This document shows, piece by piece, positions 62,383 to 64,000 of a DNA stretch of 64,000 nt. The notes under the pieces were generated by a model. The model saw only the letters and a list, made by a program, of their open reading frames with translations, was not told where the DNA came from and ran no database searches. The first letter of the stretch is position 1; each line of letters begins with the position of its first letter. The stretch comes from Eubacteriales bacterium (GTDB taxonomy: Bacteria; Bacillota; Clostridia; Oscillospirales; QAKW01). The stretch covers positions 80,494 to 144,493 of the forward strand of contig JAZQDN010000054.1 in NCBI GenBank assembly GCA_045546815.1. The letters are read 5' to 3'. The position numbers were made by a program, and so were the translations under genes.

Positions 62383-63331
62383 ATTTACCGAGAAGCGCGG
62401 CACCTATGATGCCTGCGTCATTACCGAGCGCTGCAATTTTTATCTGTGTCGATGCATCTGATTTTCTTGTGAATAACTCATTCTTTATCATTTCGCGGAT
62501 GGGCAGGAGAATGTAGTCGCCTTCTTTTGAAATACCGCCGCCGATGCAAAGGACCTCGGGCTGTAAAATGTTAATTACGTCAACAAGTCCGACTGCAACC
62601 GATTTTAAATAGCTGCGTACAACGTACATACCCGCGGGGTCGTTTTTGCGCATTGCGTTAAATGATGTAAGACCGTTTACCTTTTCAATATCGCCGTCGA
62701 CGAGCTCCCACATAAGCGATGTTTTATCGGCAAGCATCTCCTGCTTTGTAAGCTTTATAAGTCCCGAAACAGAAGCGTACGCCTCCCAGCAACCGCGTCT
62801 GCCGCAGGTGCAGGGCCAACCGTCGCGTTCAATTACAATGTGTCCGAACTCGCCGCCTTTGTTGTTAAAGCCGGAGTAGATTTTGCCGTTTATGATCATA
62901 CCGCCGCCGACACCGGTGCCGAGCGTGATTGTAACGCAGTTTTCAATACCCTTTGCAGCACCTGCAACGTACTCTGCGTATGCTGCAACGTTTGCGTCGT
63001 TTTCAATAAATACCTGCTTGCCGTCAAGCTTTTGCGATACAAGGCTTGCAAGCGGGGTGTGGTCAAAGCCGAGGTTTGAAGCAAAGTCAACAACACCCTT
63101 TTTTGCATCAATCGCACCGGGTGAGCCGATGCCGATGCTTTCAATATCAGCGAGTGTCAGCCCCGCATCAGCAACCGCGCCATTTGCCGAGATTGCAATG
63201 TTGTCAATGATGCAGTCAATGCCGCCTGCCGCGTTTGTGGGCACGGAGTGCTTGCCGACAATATTGTAGTTTTCATCTACAACGCCTGCGGCAACGTTTG
63301 TACCGCCAAGGTCAATTCCTAAAGTATACAT
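62381..63331 (-). CDS. glcK: ROK-family glucokinase
   Basis: 316 aa. GIDLGGTN, ENDANVAAYAE and the Zn motif CTCGRRGCWEAY. Confidence 0.85.
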   Translation of the reverse strand: MYTLGIDLGGTNVAAGVVDENYNIVGKHSVPTNAAGGIDCIIDNIAISANGAVADAGLTLADIESIGIGSPGAIDAKKGVVDFASNLGFDHTPLASLVSQKLDGKQVFIENDANVAAYAEYVAGAAKGIENCVTITLGTGVGGGMIINGKIYSGFNNKGGEFGHIVIERDGWPCTCGRRGCWEAYASVSGLIKLTKQEMLADKTSLMWELVDGDIEKVNGLTSFNAMRKNDPAGMYVVRSYLKSVAVGLVDVINILQPEVLCIGGGISKEGDYILLPIREMIKNELFTRKSDASTQIKIAALGNDAGIIGAALLGK

Positions 63332-63333
63332 AT

Positions 63334-64000
63334 CTATTCTCCTTCGTTTTCTTTCATTTGTCGTTCCATATCTGCAATAAGGTTATTATTAAGCTCCTCT
63401 GCAGCATTATACCCCATTCTGCGCTGACGGTTGTTCATTGCGGCAACCTCTAAAATGACCGCAAGGTTACGTCCCGGCTTTACGGGAATTGTAAGCGACG
63501 GCAGCTTAACACCCAAAATATCGGCATAGTTTGTATCAATACCCAGCCTGTCATATGTTTTGTCAGGGTCCCAGTTTTCGATGTTAACAACCATATCAAT
63601 ATTTGCGCTTTCCTTAACTGCGCCGATACCGAAAATTCTGCGCACGTTTATAATACCGATACCGCGAAGCTCAATAAAATAGCGTATAACCTCGGGCGCA
63701 GTACCTGTAATGGTGGTTGATGTGGTCTTTTTGATTATAACCGCATCGTCGGCAATCAGCTGATGTCCGCGTTTTACAAGCTCAATCGCTGTTTCGCTTT
63801 TACCAACGCCACTCTCGCCAAGCAATAGTATGCCCTCACCGTAAACCTCGACAAAAACGCCGTGGCGGGTAATCTGCTCACCGAGCTTTGTGTTTAAATA
63901 ATAAATCATACCGCTTATAAAGGCGGATGTATGCATTTTTGTGCGAAGGAGCGGCACCTCGTGTTTTTCCGCCATTTCAATAACATCGTGCGGTACAAAA
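63334..64000 (-). CDS. hprK: HPr kinase/phosphorylase (C-terminal two thirds; the 5' end lies beyond the window)
   Basis: P-loop GESGVGKSETA and ELRGIGIINV. The reading frame stays open upstream of the track's Met (..FVPHDVIEMAEKHEVPLL) to the window edge. Confidence 0.9.
   Translation of the reverse strand, partial: FVPHDVIEMAEKHEVPLLRTKMHTSAFISGMIYYLNTKLGEQITRHGVFVEVYGEGILLLGESGVGKSETAIELVKRGHQLIADDAVIIKKTTSTTITGTAPEVIRYFIELRGIGIINVRRIFGIGAVKESANIDMVVNIENWDPDKTYDRLGIDTNYADILGVKLPSLTIPVKPGRNLAVILEVAAMNNRQRRMGYNAAEELNNNLIADMERQMKENEGE

Noticed and set aside
1-64000. Scan for mobile elements, prophage, toxin-antitoxin, restriction-modification, CRISPR-Cas or other defence islands, and for tRNA/rRNA genes
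   Set aside because: I recognised no integrase, transposase, recombinase, terminal inverted repeats, phage structural genes, nuclease/helicase defence modules or structured RNA genes. Gene content and synteny (holB-ricT, yabB-rsmI, abrB-metG-tatD, mreBCD) are those of a core chromosomal region.

Overview
This is a dense 64-kb chromosomal segment, about 60 protein genes, of a Clostridia-class Firmicute. The taxonomic call rests on SLH-domain envelope proteins, a spo0A-type gene, dpaAB, abrB, ricT and a Re-citrate-synthase-type oxidative TCA branch. I saw no rRNA, tRNA, CRISPR, transposase, integrase, phage or recognisable defence genes. Most of the window is core housekeeping. That includes hisS-aspS, metG-tatD, rnj, holB-ricT, the zapA-dut-maf-mreBCD-mrdA operon, a class A PBP, an LtaS-family enzyme, glcK-hprK, a GH36 glycosidase and several ABC systems. 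I also mapped sigma-A-like promoters, intrinsic terminators and two genes absent from the ORF track: a 56-aa 2x[4Fe-4S] ferredoxin and a 57-aa sORF coupled to pncC. I found no clear new system. The leads worth follow-up are: (1) a Spo0A-type regulator with an intact 0A-box DNA-binding domain but a degenerate receiver; (2) a tightly coupled MacB-type ABC, Cys-rich DUF5685-like, tail-anchored J-domain and Zn-ribbon membrane protein operon; (3) a FemX-like transferase coupled to an alanine-racemase paralogue lacking the catalytic Tyr, fused to holB-ricT; (4) an operon of apparent pseudoenzymes (degenerate ANL protein, methylglyoxal-synthase-like protein) around an orphan MinD-like ATPase; (5) a Re-citrate synthase-GntR-aconitase-IDH operon with a duplicated palindrome-containing operator over its promoter; (6) a lipoprotein with a 36-nt poly-Asp tandem repeat. 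All functional calls come from motif recognition by eye and remembered family knowledge. No database search was run.
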